Source: Treponema sp. (GTDB taxonomy: Bacteria > Spirochaetota > Spirochaetia > Treponematales > Breznakiellaceae). From it: a DNA stretch of 40,165 nucleotides. The stretch is from NCBI GenBank assembly GCA_031267675.1, contig JAIRYT010000011.1, positions 1 through 40,165 of the forward strand. Reading direction: 5' to 3'. The notes under the pieces were generated by a model. It searched no databases and was not told the origin of the DNA. It was given only the letters and a program-made list of their open reading frames with translations. The translations under genes were made by a program, and so were the position numbers. Positions 28,257-37,480 of this stretch are shown here, piece by piece (the first letter of the stretch is position 1; every line of letters begins with the position of its first letter).

Positions 28257-29606
28257 GTGCCCTACATTCCTGCTACTTCCTCCCAGACCGGACAAATGTT
28301 GTCCGCGCTGGGACGCGTGTCTATCGATGAATTATTTTCCGATGTGCCGGAACAATTCCGCTTTCCGCCGCTTGATTTGCCGGAAGGTTTAAGCGAATAC
28401 GAAGTCCTCAAAGAAATTTCCACAATGGCCGAAAAAAACACAGGCGCTTCCCGGTGGTTTTTGGGAGCGGGCGCGTACGACCACTTTATTCCGGCGGCAG
28501 TCGGCGCGCTTGCTTCGCGCGGGGAATTCCTTACCGCCTACACTCCCTATCAGCCGGAGGTAAGCCAGGGAACATTACAGGCGATTTTTGAATATCAAAG
28601 CATGGTTTGCGAACTGCTGGGAACCGAAGTCGTAAACGCCGGCCACTATGACGGGGCCACCGCGCTGGCAGAAGCGGTGATCATGGCGTTAAAAAACGCG
28701 AACGTCCGGCCCGGCGCGGAATCCGACAGGGCGTTGGTGCTCATCCCCGAAGGGCTTCATCCTGAATACCGCCGGGTGCTCGACACCTATCTTGTTTCCT
28801 TTGCCATAACCATAAAACCATACGCGGGGAATCCTGCCGCCGCCGCCCAAAAAGCCGGCAAACTTGCCTGTCTTGTCGCCTCGTACCCCGACTTCTTTGG
28901 GGTAATTCCCGATTTAGGCGGCGCGGCGGAGGCGGTTCACCAGGCGGGCGGCACGTTTATTGTACAGGCCGATCCCTTTATGCTCGGGCTGCTAAAAAGC
29001 CCGGGCGAAGCGGGCGCGGACATCGTTACCGCCGAAGGGCAGGCGCTGGGGAATGAATTAAATTACGGCGGGCCCTTTCTGGGCATTATGGGCGCAAACA
29101 GGGAATATATGCGCAAAATTCCCGGACGCATTGCAGGCGAAGCGCGTGACCATGAACAGCGGCGCGGATTTGTACTTACCCTTTCCGCCCGCGAACAGCA
29201 CATACGCCGCGAAAAAGCGGTATCAAACATTTGTTCAAACCAGGGGCTTTCCATGCTGCGTTCGTGTATATACCTTGCCCTTATGGGAAAATCCGGCCTG
29301 CGTAACGCCGCCGAACTTTGCTGGCACCGCGCGCATTACGCCGCGGACCAGCTTGGAAAGCGATTTACGGTCGCGCGAGAGGCGGGCGGGGCCAAAGGAA
29401 ACTTCTTTAAGGAATTTACCGTAACGCTTTCGGTAAACGCCGAAACCGCGCTTAAAACATGCGCCCAAAAAGGTATTGCCGCGGGGCTTCCCCTGTCGCG
29501 CTACTTTCCCGAACGTAAAAATGATTTACTTGTTTGTGTAACCGAAAAAAATTCAAAAGCGGATATTGACCAGTTGGTTTCCGCGCTGGGAGACCTCGAT
29601 GCCTGA
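28257..29606 (+). CDS. gcvPA: Glycine dehydrogenase (decarboxylating) subunit 1
   Basis: N-terminal 'PYIPATSSQTGQMLSALG' typical of GcvPA; GTG start after AAGGAGG. Confidence 0.85.
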   Translation: MPYIPATSSQTGQMLSALGRVSIDELFSDVPEQFRFPPLDLPEGLSEYEVLKEISTMAEKNTGASRWFLGAGAYDHFIPAAVGALASRGEFLTAYTPYQPEVSQGTLQAIFEYQSMVCELLGTEVVNAGHYDGATALAEAVIMALKNANVRPGAESDRALVLIPEGLHPEYRRVLDTYLVSFAITIKPYAGNPAAAAQKAGKLACLVASYPDFFGVIPDLGGAAEAVHQAGGTFIVQADPFMLGLLKSPGEAGADIVTAEGQALGNELNYGGPFLGIMGANREYMRKIPGRIAGEARDHEQRRGFVLTLSAREQHIRREKAVSNICSNQGLSMLRSCIYLALMGKSGLRNAAELCWHRAHYAADQLGKRFTVAREAGGAKGNFFKEFTVTLSVNAETALKTCAQKGIAAGLPLSRYFPERKNDLLVCVTEKNSKADIDQLVSALGDLDA

Positions 29607-31044
29607 CAAACAAACTCCCCTGCTTTGCGAAGAAAGTGTAAGCGGACGCTGCGGCGCGCTGCTCCCCCGCCTTGATGTTCCGCAGACACCGGTGCCGGAG
29701 ACACTGCTGCGCGATTCGCTCAAGCTTCCCGAGCTGGATGAATGTACCGTGGTACGGCACTTTACGCTGCTTTCGCAAAAGAATTTTTCTGTCGACAGCC
29801 AGTTTTATCCGCTTGGGTCCTGTACCATGAAGTACAACCCCAAAATGAACGAAGACGCCGCCGCGCAAAAAGGCTTTCGCCAGTCGCATCCGCTTTCGGG
29901 CGACAGCGCCAATCAGGGAAACCTTGAACTTATGTATAAACTGCAGGAGGCGCTTAAGGCAATTACCGGTTTTGTCTCGTGTACCCTGCAGCCTGCGGCG
30001 GGCGCTCACGGCGAATTAACCGGCATTCTTATGATACGCGCCTGGCATCTTTCGCGCCGTGATAAAACCCGGAACCGCATTCTTGTTCCCGATTCCGCCC
30101 ACGGCACCAATCCCGCAACCTGTACAATGGCAGGCTACATCACCGAAACAATTCCCTCGGACGCAAAAGGAGCGGTGGACCTTGACGCGCTAAAAGAAGC
30201 GGTGGCGGGCGGCAGGGCAAAAACTGTCGCGGGAATGATGATCACCAATCCCGGAACCCAGGGCCTTTTTGAAATACATATTGCCGATATTATAAAAATC
30301 ATCCATGACGCGGGAGGCCTTGTTTACGGGGACGGCGCAAACATGAACGCGCTTATGGGAATTGTTAAACCGGCGGAACTTGGTTTTGACGTTATGCATC
30401 TTAACCTGCATAAAACATTCTCTACTCCCCACGGAGGAGGCGGTCCGGGCGCCGGCGCGGTTATTGCCAATAAAACCCTTGCCGCGTTTTTGCCGGGGCC
30501 CATCGCCGCCAAAAATAAGGATGCCTACGAACTTGCGTCGCCCGAACAGACAATCGGCGCGGTAAAAAGTTTCCACGGAAACTTTGCCGTGCTGGTACGG
30601 GCCTATGCCTACATTCGGGCGCTGGGGGCTGACGGTTTAAAACGCGCGTCGCAGTACGCGGTGCTTAACGCCAATTATCTGCGCCATTTGTGCAGGGCAA
30701 AATTCCCCACGCCCTACGGAGCGGAACGTCCCTGTATGCACGAATTTACCGCCTCGCCCAATTTAGGTAACGGCGTTCATACCCTGGACATTGCAAAACG
30801 CCTTATTGATTACGGGTTTCATCCGCCGACCATTTACTTTCCCCTTACCGTGAAGGAGGCGTTTATGGCCGAGCCCACCGAAACAGAAACAATGGAAACG
30901 CTGGAAGCGTTTGCCGGGGCGCTCGAAAAAATTGCCGCAGAAGCGGAGGCGGAACCGGAGCTTCTTCATGACGCGCCGCACCATACGCCTGTCGGGCGCC
31001 TTGATGAAGTTGCCGCCGCGCGTAATTTAAAACTGCGGTGGTAA
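29599..31044 (+). CDS. gcvPB: Glycine dehydrogenase (decarboxylating) subunit 2
   Basis: PLP-enzyme blocks typical of GcvPB ('NLHKTFSTPHGGGGPG'); start 8 nt inside the gcvPA 3' end. Confidence 0.85.
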   Translation: MPDKQTPLLCEESVSGRCGALLPRLDVPQTPVPETLLRDSLKLPELDECTVVRHFTLLSQKNFSVDSQFYPLGSCTMKYNPKMNEDAAAQKGFRQSHPLSGDSANQGNLELMYKLQEALKAITGFVSCTLQPAAGAHGELTGILMIRAWHLSRRDKTRNRILVPDSAHGTNPATCTMAGYITETIPSDAKGAVDLDALKEAVAGGRAKTVAGMMITNPGTQGLFEIHIADIIKIIHDAGGLVYGDGANMNALMGIVKPAELGFDVMHLNLHKTFSTPHGGGGPGAGAVIANKTLAAFLPGPIAAKNKDAYELASPEQTIGAVKSFHGNFAVLVRAYAYIRALGADGLKRASQYAVLNANYLRHLCRAKFPTPYGAERPCMHEFTASPNLGNGVHTLDIAKRLIDYGFHPPTIYFPLTVKEAFMAEPTETETMETLEAFAGALEKIAAEAEAEPELLHDAPHHTPVGRLDEVAAARNLKLRW

Positions 31045-31054
31045 AGGAAAGGCA

Positions 31055-32251
31055 GTGAGCCGCCAGAGTTATACCGTTTTTGAAATCACCTCGCTCATTC
31101 AGTCGCAGCTGGAAAACGCTTTTCCTTCTGTTATTGTAGAGGGGGAGCTTTCAAACTTGAGGCCGTCAAGCACCGGACATCTTTATTTTTCGCTCAAAGA
31201 CAGCCGCGCAAAAATAGACGCGGTACTGTTTAAAAGCCGGCTGCCCTTTCTTGGCTTTCAGCCAAAAGACGGCATGCTGGTTCGGACGCGGGGACGTATT
31301 TCGGTGTACGCCCTGCGGGGAAACTACCAGCTTATTGCCGACGACCTTGAACTTGCCGGCGCGGGCGATATTCTTGCCATGCTGGAAGAACGCAAACGCC
31401 TTCTTGCCGCCGAAGGACTTTTTGATGAAGGGCGAAAAAAGCCAATTCCGCGCTTTCCCGAAACTGTCGGCATTGTCAGTTCACCAACCGGCGCGGCGGT
31501 GCAGGATATTCTTACCATTCTGCAAAGGCGCGCCCGGGGCATACATGTTGTAATTTTGGGCGCTCCGGTTCAGGGCGCGGAGGCGGCGGGAATTATCGCC
31601 GCGCGGATTAAACAGGCCAACCAGTGGCATCTTGCCGATGTCCTTATTGTCGGGCGCGGCGGCGGTTCGCTGGAAGATCTTCTTCCCTTTTCCGAAGAAC
31701 AGGTGGTGCGCGCAATTGCGGAATCCGCGATTCCCGTGGTAAGCGCCGTAGGCCACGAAATTGACAACGCGCTTTCTGATTTGGCCGCCGATCTCCGCGC
31801 GCCTACGCCTTCGGCCGCCGCAGAACTGGTAAGCGAAAAACGCGCGGAAACATTTGACCGCATTGTCGAAATAAGAAACGAAATGGTTTCCTGCCTTGAG
31901 CGGCGCATAGAACGCGTCCGTCTTTTGGCAAAACCATTTTGCGCGGAAGATTTGGAATACCGCATTAGAACCATACTACAGCCGCGCCTGATACGTCTTG
32001 ATGACGCAAAAGACGCCCTGCTCACCGGCCTTAAAACAATTACCGCTTCCCTAAGCCGCCGCCTTGAGCTGGCAAAGACCGGGCTTGAAGCGGGAAACCC
32101 CCGGGCCATTCTGGAGCGGGGATTTTCGGTAGTGGTAAACGAAGCAAGCGGAAAAACGCTGCGTACCACGAACGACTGTACGGAAGGCGACAGGCTGCGA
32201 ATCAGGCTTCTTGACGGATCTGTGTACGCGGTCACGGAGGGAGCGACCTAA
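31055..32251 (+). CDS. xseA: Exodeoxyribonuclease VII large subunit
   Basis: OB-fold N-terminus 'SVIVEGELSNLRPSSTGHLYFSLKD' and 'GRGGGSLEDL' block; GTG start. Confidence 0.85.
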   Translation: MSRQSYTVFEITSLIQSQLENAFPSVIVEGELSNLRPSSTGHLYFSLKDSRAKIDAVLFKSRLPFLGFQPKDGMLVRTRGRISVYALRGNYQLIADDLELAGAGDILAMLEERKRLLAAEGLFDEGRKKPIPRFPETVGIVSSPTGAAVQDILTILQRRARGIHVVILGAPVQGAEAAGIIAARIKQANQWHLADVLIVGRGGGSLEDLLPFSEEQVVRAIAESAIPVVSAVGHEIDNALSDLAADLRAPTPSAAAELVSEKRAETFDRIVEIRNEMVSCLERRIERVRLLAKPFCAEDLEYRIRTILQPRLIRLDDAKDALLTGLKTITASLSRRLELAKTGLEAGNPRAILERGFSVVVNEASGKTLRTTNDCTEGDRLRIRLLDGSVYAVTEGAT

Positions 32252-32497
32252 AGGTCGATCCCCGCCAAGCCGCTATGCGGCTTGCGAATTTGTTCGCTGG
32301 TGCAGCCTGCCGGTAAACCGGACGGGCTTGCAGGGAGCGACCTAAAGGTCGATCCTCGCCAAGCCGCTGCCTTGCGAATTTATCTGCTGGCGCAGCCTTG
32401 CCGGTAAACCGGACAGGCTTGCGGGGAGCGGCCTAAAGATCGATCCCCGGCTATGCTATGCCGCGCATAGTTGCGAATTTATCGGCTGGGAGGGTAC
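32237..32497. repeat. Three tandem copies (96, 90 and ~72 bp) of a hairpin-rich GC repeat between xseA and xseB
   Basis: Units begin with 'GGGAGCGACCTAAAGGTCGATCC'. The first unit contains the xseA stop; the last contains the xseB RBS. Internal hairpins 'caagccgc-tat-gcggcttg' and 'ccggtaaaccgg'. Confidence 0.85.
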
Positions 32498-32725
32498 ATG
32501 AAGAACTTTGAAGAACGTTTGCAAAAACTGGAAGACCTGGGCGAAGCAATACGCCGCCCCGATATTCCCCTGGAAGACGCGCTCAAGGCGTTTGAGGAGG
32601 GAATAAAACTCGCCCATTCCCTTGAAACCGATCTTGAAAAAGTAGAAAACAGAATTGAAACCCTGCTCAACGCGCCCGATGAAAAGCCGGACGCAAAACC
32701 GGAACTGGAATTATTTGATTTATAA
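32498..32725 (+). CDS. xseB: Exodeoxyribonuclease VII small subunit
   Basis: 75-aa helical protein 'MKNFEERLQKLEDLGEAI' directly after xseA; the ORF track begins upstream at 32471. Confidence 0.8.
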   Translation: MKNFEERLQKLEDLGEAIRRPDIPLEDALKAFEEGIKLAHSLETDLEKVENRIETLLNAPDEKPDAKPELELFDL

Positions 32726-32731
32726 CAATTT

Positions 32732-34504
32732 ATGGCAATGATACGAATATTAAAAAGCGAGGAAGCAAAAAAAATTGCCGCCGGAGAGGTCATTGACCGT
32801 CCGGCCGCGCTGGTGCGGGAATTTATCGACAACGCAATTGACTCGGGGGCGTCGTCAATAGAAGTTTCCATTGCCAACGGGGGAAGCAGCAAGGTCGAAG
32901 TAATTGACAACGGCTCCGGCATGGACAAAACCGATCTTGAACTTTGCATCCTGACCCACGCGACAAGTAAAATTGAAACCCTTGACGATTTATCCAAAAG
33001 CCATACCCTGGGTTTTCGCGGCGAAGCGCTGGCTGCGGCAGCCGCCGTATCAACGCTGGAAATACTTTCCAGCGTTGACGGCCGCGAAGCATACCTCCTT
33101 ACCGCCGCGGACGGTAAAAGCAAAATTATTCAAAGCCGCCGCGTGCGCGGAACCAGCATACGCGCGTTTGGCCTGTTTGACGCCATACCCGCCCGCAAAC
33201 GCTTTCTTAAACGCGAAGCAAGCGAAGCGGCAATCTGTAAACAAATTTTTATGGAAAAGGCGCTGGCGTTTCCCTCGATAAATTTTCGTTTTATACAGGA
33301 CGGCAAATTAAAAATAAACGCGCTTCCCCATACAGAAGAAAACATGGCTGTTACAAAACGCTTTGGCGAACTTATTCTTTCAAACCAGGCGTTTCTTCAC
33401 GAAATCCATGCGGCGGGCAGCGGCTTTACCGTATGCATAGTCACCGGAGGCCCCGAGCTGTTCCGGCAGGATCGCAGGGGGCAGTATATTTTTGCCAACA
33501 GGCGGCGCATTCAGGATTTTTCGCTTATGCAGGCGCTGGAATACGGCCTTGCCGGATTTTTCCCCAACGGCTCGCACGCCATTGGCGCGGTTTTTGTAGA
33601 TGTTGATCCCGCGCTCGCCGATTTTAACATTCATCCGGCAAAACGGGAGGTACGCTTTGCCTGCGCGTCCGAAATCCATCATGCGATAACATCGGCGCTC
33701 CGCGATTATACCAGACGCAGCGGGCTTGCGATAAGTTCTACCACTGCGGACGAGGCGCTTGAAAACAGCCCGGCCTTTGCCTTTGACGGGGACCGGCACA
33801 AATCGGGTGAATATGGAGATACGCGCGACCGCCGCGAGGCGCCCGGTTCAAAGGCAGGCGCCGCCGCGCTGGCGGCGCTGCTGGAACGTAAAGATGAATT
33901 CGCGCCCTCACACGCTTTATACGCGGGCGAAACAGAAGCGGAATATAAAACCGGGGAAAGCGTAACCCTTGCCGGCCGCGCGTTTAATTTATTTATTATT
34001 GTTCAAAAGGAAGAACGCCTTTTTTTAATTGATCAGCACGCCGCCCACGAACGCCTGCTTTACAATCATTTTTTGTCAAAACCCATCACCGCGCAGGAAT
34101 TACTCGTTCCCATTCCGTTTGTCACCGAAAGCAAAGAAGACGATGATTTTTTATCCCTTAAAAAAGAAGAATTAAAGCAATTGGGAATTCTGCTTAAAAA
34201 TGAGGGAAACGGAAACTGGCTCATTGACGCGCTCCCCGCCGGCTGGGGGCAGGGAGACACCGTACAGGAGATCCTCGCGCTGCGAAACGCCGGCGGCAAC
34301 ATGACCGAACACTGGGCGGCTACACTCGCCTGCAAGGCGGCAATCAAAGACGGCGGTTACCTTGACGACAGCGCCGCCCTTGCCCTTGCGAAAGAAGCCC
34401 TTGCCCTGCAAAATGACGGCTCACGGCCGCGCTGCCCCCACGGTCGTCCGCTGTGGATGGAACTTACCCGCGACGATCTATTCCGCGCCGTACGCAGAAC
34501 TTGA
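32732..34504 (+). CDS. mutL: DNA mismatch repair protein MutL
   Basis: GHKL ATPase N-terminus 'IAAGEVIDRPAALVREFIDNAIDSGA'; 590 aa. Confidence 0.9.
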   Translation: MAMIRILKSEEAKKIAAGEVIDRPAALVREFIDNAIDSGASSIEVSIANGGSSKVEVIDNGSGMDKTDLELCILTHATSKIETLDDLSKSHTLGFRGEALAAAAAVSTLEILSSVDGREAYLLTAADGKSKIIQSRRVRGTSIRAFGLFDAIPARKRFLKREASEAAICKQIFMEKALAFPSINFRFIQDGKLKINALPHTEENMAVTKRFGELILSNQAFLHEIHAAGSGFTVCIVTGGPELFRQDRRGQYIFANRRRIQDFSLMQALEYGLAGFFPNGSHAIGAVFVDVDPALADFNIHPAKREVRFACASEIHHAITSALRDYTRRSGLAISSTTADEALENSPAFAFDGDRHKSGEYGDTRDRREAPGSKAGAAALAALLERKDEFAPSHALYAGETEAEYKTGESVTLAGRAFNLFIIVQKEERLFLIDQHAAHERLLYNHFLSKPITAQELLVPIPFVTESKEDDDFLSLKKEELKQLGILLKNEGNGNWLIDALPAGWGQGDTVQEILALRNAGGNMTEHWAATLACKAAIKDGGYLDDSAALALAKEALALQNDGSRPRCPHGRPLWMELTRDDLFRAVRRT

Positions 34505-34518
34505 CAGCGCCGGAAAAA
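34431..34518. repeat. Direct repeat copy 1 (mutL 3' end + TTGACA-18-TAAAAT promoter), partner at 35302-35384
   Basis: ~93% identity to 35302-35384, with a 3-bp indel. Confidence 0.85.
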
Positions 34519-34572
34519 GCATGGTAAAATTATAAAAGCGGTAAAAATTCGCGCTATCAAAAAAGAGAGGTC

Positions 34573-34896
34573 ATGGACAAAGCGGTACAAGCGGAACTGG
34601 ACATGCTCAAGGACATTATTGTAAAAACTGTTCCCGTTGAACAAATTCACCTCTTTGGTTCTTATGCCCAAGGGGTCCCACACAGCGATTCAGATTTAGA
34701 TTTATATATTGTTTTGAAAGATAATGCCGAAATGCGGGATATTGACGCTTCTTTAAAAATATACCGCGCAATTGGCGGCAAAAAAAATATGCCGGTAGAT
34801 ATTCTAGTTAGTAAACAAAGCGCCTTTACGCACAGAAAAAACAATCCTACTCTTGAACAAAAAATAGTCAAAGAGGGAATACTGGTGTATGGCTGA
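34573..34896 (+). CDS. Minimal nucleotidyltransferase (MNT) antitoxin of a HEPN/MNT pair
   Basis: 'GSYAQGVPHSDSDLDL' GS...DxD nucleotidyltransferase motif; 8-nt overlap with the downstream HEPN gene; AT-rich. Confidence 0.75.
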   Translation: MDKAVQAELDMLKDIIVKTVPVEQIHLFGSYAQGVPHSDSDLDLYIVLKDNAEMRDIDASLKIYRAIGGKKNMPVDILVSKQSAFTHRKNNPTLEQKIVKEGILVYG

Positions 34897-35341
34897 TATC
34901 GCCCTTGTCAGGCAATGGATTTTTCTTGCGGAAGATGATCTGCGGGTGGCTCAACATCTGGAGCAGACTTTGCGGCCTACACCTTTTGAATTGATATGCT
35001 TCCATTGTCAACAGGCAGCGGAAAAATACCTGAAAAGCTGCCTTGAATTTCATGATGAAATCCCGCCAAAGACCCATGACCTGATTGAACTTAATAACCG
35101 GTGTAAAAAATATAGTGCAGCCTTTGGTGATTTGGCGGAAGCCTGCCAGGCATTAACTGCGTATGGTGTTCAACCACGGTATACCTATGGAATGGAGCTG
35201 GAATATGGAGACACGCTAAAAGCCTTGCAATGTGCAGAAAAGGTAAAAATGTTTTTGCAAAAGGAAGCTCCTGAGTTGTTTAAAAATGACCCTCTAAAGG
35301 AGCTGCCCCCACGGTCGTCCGTGGATGGAACTTACCCGTGA
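34889..35341 (+). CDS. HEPN-domain toxin partner
   Basis: 'AEDDLRVAQHLEQ' ... 'CQQAAEKYLK' ... 'PKTHDL' HEPN blocks; the C-terminal ~15 codons read into the duplicated repeat. Confidence 0.7.
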   Translation: MADIALVRQWIFLAEDDLRVAQHLEQTLRPTPFELICFHCQQAAEKYLKSCLEFHDEIPPKTHDLIELNNRCKKYSAAFGDLAEACQALTAYGVQPRYTYGMELEYGDTLKALQCAEKVKMFLQKEAPELFKNDPLKELPPRSSVDGTYP

Positions 35342-35384
35342 CGATCTGTTCCGCGCCGTACAGAACTTGACAGCGCCGGAAAAA
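35302..35384. repeat. Direct repeat copy 2 (duplicated mutL 3' end + TTGACA-18-TATCAT promoter)
   Basis: See copy 1. Confidence 0.85.
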
Positions 35385-35429
35385 TGGGTGTATCATAGGG
35401 TGCCGGAGATTTGTAAAAGAGGGTGTTTT

Positions 35430-35900
35430 ATGTATCGATTTGTAAAACGTTCTTTCGTTGCGGCGGTGATACTGGTAGCGCTGGTTTTGGTTTTGGGGTC
35501 CTGTGTTTCCTATCCGTTAAATTCGAGAAGCTTTAGCCATAACAGACTTTATTGGGATAAAAACATGCCTGTGGATCAGAGCGTTGAATTATGTTTAATG
35601 CAGGGGCTAACCGCAACCAGTTATAACGGTATACCGGTGAATTGGGGGTTTAAGCCCAATATTTTTCTGCCGACTGGGCAAACCGCTCTTGCTCTGGACC
35701 TTAATTACTGGCTGGGACAGACCAACGTCAAGGGTGATGCTGTTTTTGTCTGGAATTTTAAAGCTGGTGACAGGTTTATCTTGCACGGATGGCGAAGAGA
35801 TGGTAAACTGGGAATTCTATTATGGAACATGGATGTGAAAAAAGAACTGGCCGAGTATGATTTCTTCCCGTTTCCAGAATCAAAAATGATTTTAGAATAG
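35430..35900 (+). CDS. Lipoprotein, paralog family member A1
   Basis: 'MYRFVKRSF...LGSC' lipobox; ~60% identical to the 36433-36900 product. Start placed at the internal ATG; the ORF track's 5' extension (35325) is repeat-derived. Confidence 0.55.
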   Translation: MYRFVKRSFVAAVILVALVLVLGSCVSYPLNSRSFSHNRLYWDKNMPVDQSVELCLMQGLTATSYNGIPVNWGFKPNIFLPTGQTALALDLNYWLGQTNVKGDAVFVWNFKAGDRFILHGWRRDGKLGILLWNMDVKKELAEYDFFPFPESKMILE

Positions 35901-35909
35901 GAGGCCAAA

Positions 35910-36395
35910 ATGAAGAATCGAAAATGTATGTGGGCAAGTGTTGTTCTGTGTGCGGCATTGTTTGCCGGATGTGCCGGTGTTCCCGGTAGGTTTGCCTTTG
36001 ATGAAACGGTACCTGCGGAACAAAGCACTCTGGTCGTTTTTGGCACCGGAATAAGGGTCCTGGAGTACAACGGAATCGACATTAGAACCGGCTGGTATCC
36101 AAACGACAAATGGCGGGTTAATAGAATTACTTTGCCGATTGGCGAAACTACAATACTTTTTAATTACTTTAACACAATTAACATGGGAAATACTGCTTAC
36201 TATGCTCATTCAGAAGATATTACACTTAAGTTTACCTTTGAGGCCGGGAAGGAATACACGGTAGCCAGTTACACAAGGAGGAAAGGCCTCTTTACAAAAG
36301 AATACGGTGTGGCGGTTTGGGAACTTGCTTCACAGACTGGTAGTCCCGCCACTGTTGAAAATGCGGTAAAATTCTGGAAGTTTGGAGAAGTCTGA
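35910..36395 (+). CDS. Lipoprotein, paralog family member B1
   Basis: Lipobox 'LFAGC'; shares 'VLEYNG(I/V)D', 'NRITLP.G.TT' and 'FEAGKEYTVA.Y' blocks with the 36910-37428 product. Confidence 0.55.
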   Translation: MKNRKCMWASVVLCAALFAGCAGVPGRFAFDETVPAEQSTLVVFGTGIRVLEYNGIDIRTGWYPNDKWRVNRITLPIGETTILFNYFNTINMGNTAYYAHSEDITLKFTFEAGKEYTVASYTRRKGLFTKEYGVAVWELASQTGSPATVENAVKFWKFGEV

Positions 36396-36432
36396 CACTA
36401 TCCTTCAATGATTCACAAAAAGGGGGCGTTTT

Positions 36433-36900
36433 ATGCATCGATTCGTAAAAAGATCTTTCGTTATTGCGGCGGTGATACTGGCGGCGATGGTTTTGGGGTC
36501 CTGCTATTCCTATCCCATAAATGTTGACAGATTGACAAGCAATAAACAGTACTGGGATAACGATTTGCCCAGGGAACAAAGCGTTGAACTATATATTTTA
36601 TATGGATTAAAACCGACCAGCTATAACGGAGTCGAGGTGAATTGGGGAGCAAAACCAGATGTCTTTTTGCCGCCAGGGCGAGCTGTCCTTACCCTGGATT
36701 TGAACTTTACCTATTACTATACAAATTACAAGGGCAATAATGTATTTGTCTGGGATTTCAAAGCGGGCGACAGATATATGCTCTATGGATGGGAACGAGA
36801 TGGTAAACCGGGAGTCATGCTGTTTGATATGGATGTAAAGAAAAACGAGGAAGATCAATATTTTTTTCCATTTCCGGAATCAAAAATAATTTTAGAATAG
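36433..36900 (+). CDS. Lipoprotein, paralog family member A2
   Basis: 'MHRFVKRSF...LGSC'; paralog of A1. Confidence 0.55.
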   Translation: MHRFVKRSFVIAAVILAAMVLGSCYSYPINVDRLTSNKQYWDNDLPREQSVELYILYGLKPTSYNGVEVNWGAKPDVFLPPGRAVLTLDLNFTYYYTNYKGNNVFVWDFKAGDRYMLYGWERDGKPGVMLFDMDVKKNEEDQYFFPFPESKIILE

Positions 36901-36909
36901 GGGAAAAAG

Positions 36910-37428
36910 ATGTCAAGAAAAAAAGCCGTTTGGGCAATGCTTTTTGTTTGCGCCGTGTTTTTACTTTTTGGATGCGAGACAATATCCAGATTGTCGACAG
37001 CGGAGGATATTACCGTTGACGATACGGCCGCCGAAAAAAGCGCGCTGGTTATTTTTGGTCCGGAAGTATATGTACTTGAGTATAATGGCGTTGATGTCGA
37101 AAAAGAATGGTATCCCCGAAAGAAAACCCGCCTAAACAGGATTACCCTGCCTGCCGGCGATACTACGCTCCGTTTTAATTTGGATTTTGAAATAAGCAGC
37201 GGTGGTATTATATACCGGTATAGACAAAAAAACGTGGAGATGCAGTACACCTTTGAGGCAGGCAAGGAATATACCGTAGCCCCTTATGGAAAAACGATCG
37301 AGCGCCGCTTCCTTACTGAAAACCATTTTGAATATGGCCTGGGTATCTGGGACAGGGCGTCGACCGATGGCACCGGATGGAGTGTTGAAACCGCGATAAA
37401 ATCCTGGAAGCTTGGGGATCACCAGTAA
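36910..37428 (+). CDS. Lipoprotein, paralog family member B2
   Basis: Lipobox 'LLFGC'; paralog of B1. Confidence 0.55.
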   Translation: MSRKKAVWAMLFVCAVFLLFGCETISRLSTAEDITVDDTAAEKSALVIFGPEVYVLEYNGVDVEKEWYPRKKTRLNRITLPAGDTTLRFNLDFEISSGGIIYRYRQKNVEMQYTFEAGKEYTVAPYGKTIERRFLTENHFEYGLGIWDRASTDGTGWSVETAIKSWKLGDHQ

Positions 37429-37480
37429 TACCCCGCTTGCCATCGTCCCGCCGCCGGATTATACTCAGAGTGTGAAGAGT

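Noticed and set aside
32237-32497. Possible CRISPR array (regularly spaced repeats)
   Set aside because: The whole ~90-96 bp unit, including the would-be spacers, is repeated with ~90% identity. There are only 3 units, the first overlaps a gene end, and there are no cas genes, so it is a tandem duplication, not repeat-spacer architecture.
35325-35429. N-terminal extension of lipoprotein A1 'MELTRDDLFRAV...' as a real coding sequence
   Set aside because: It is the duplicated mutL 3' end (repeat copy 2) read in frame. The genuine start is the ATG followed by a signal peptide/lipobox (MYRFVKRSF...LGSC), as in the paralog A2.
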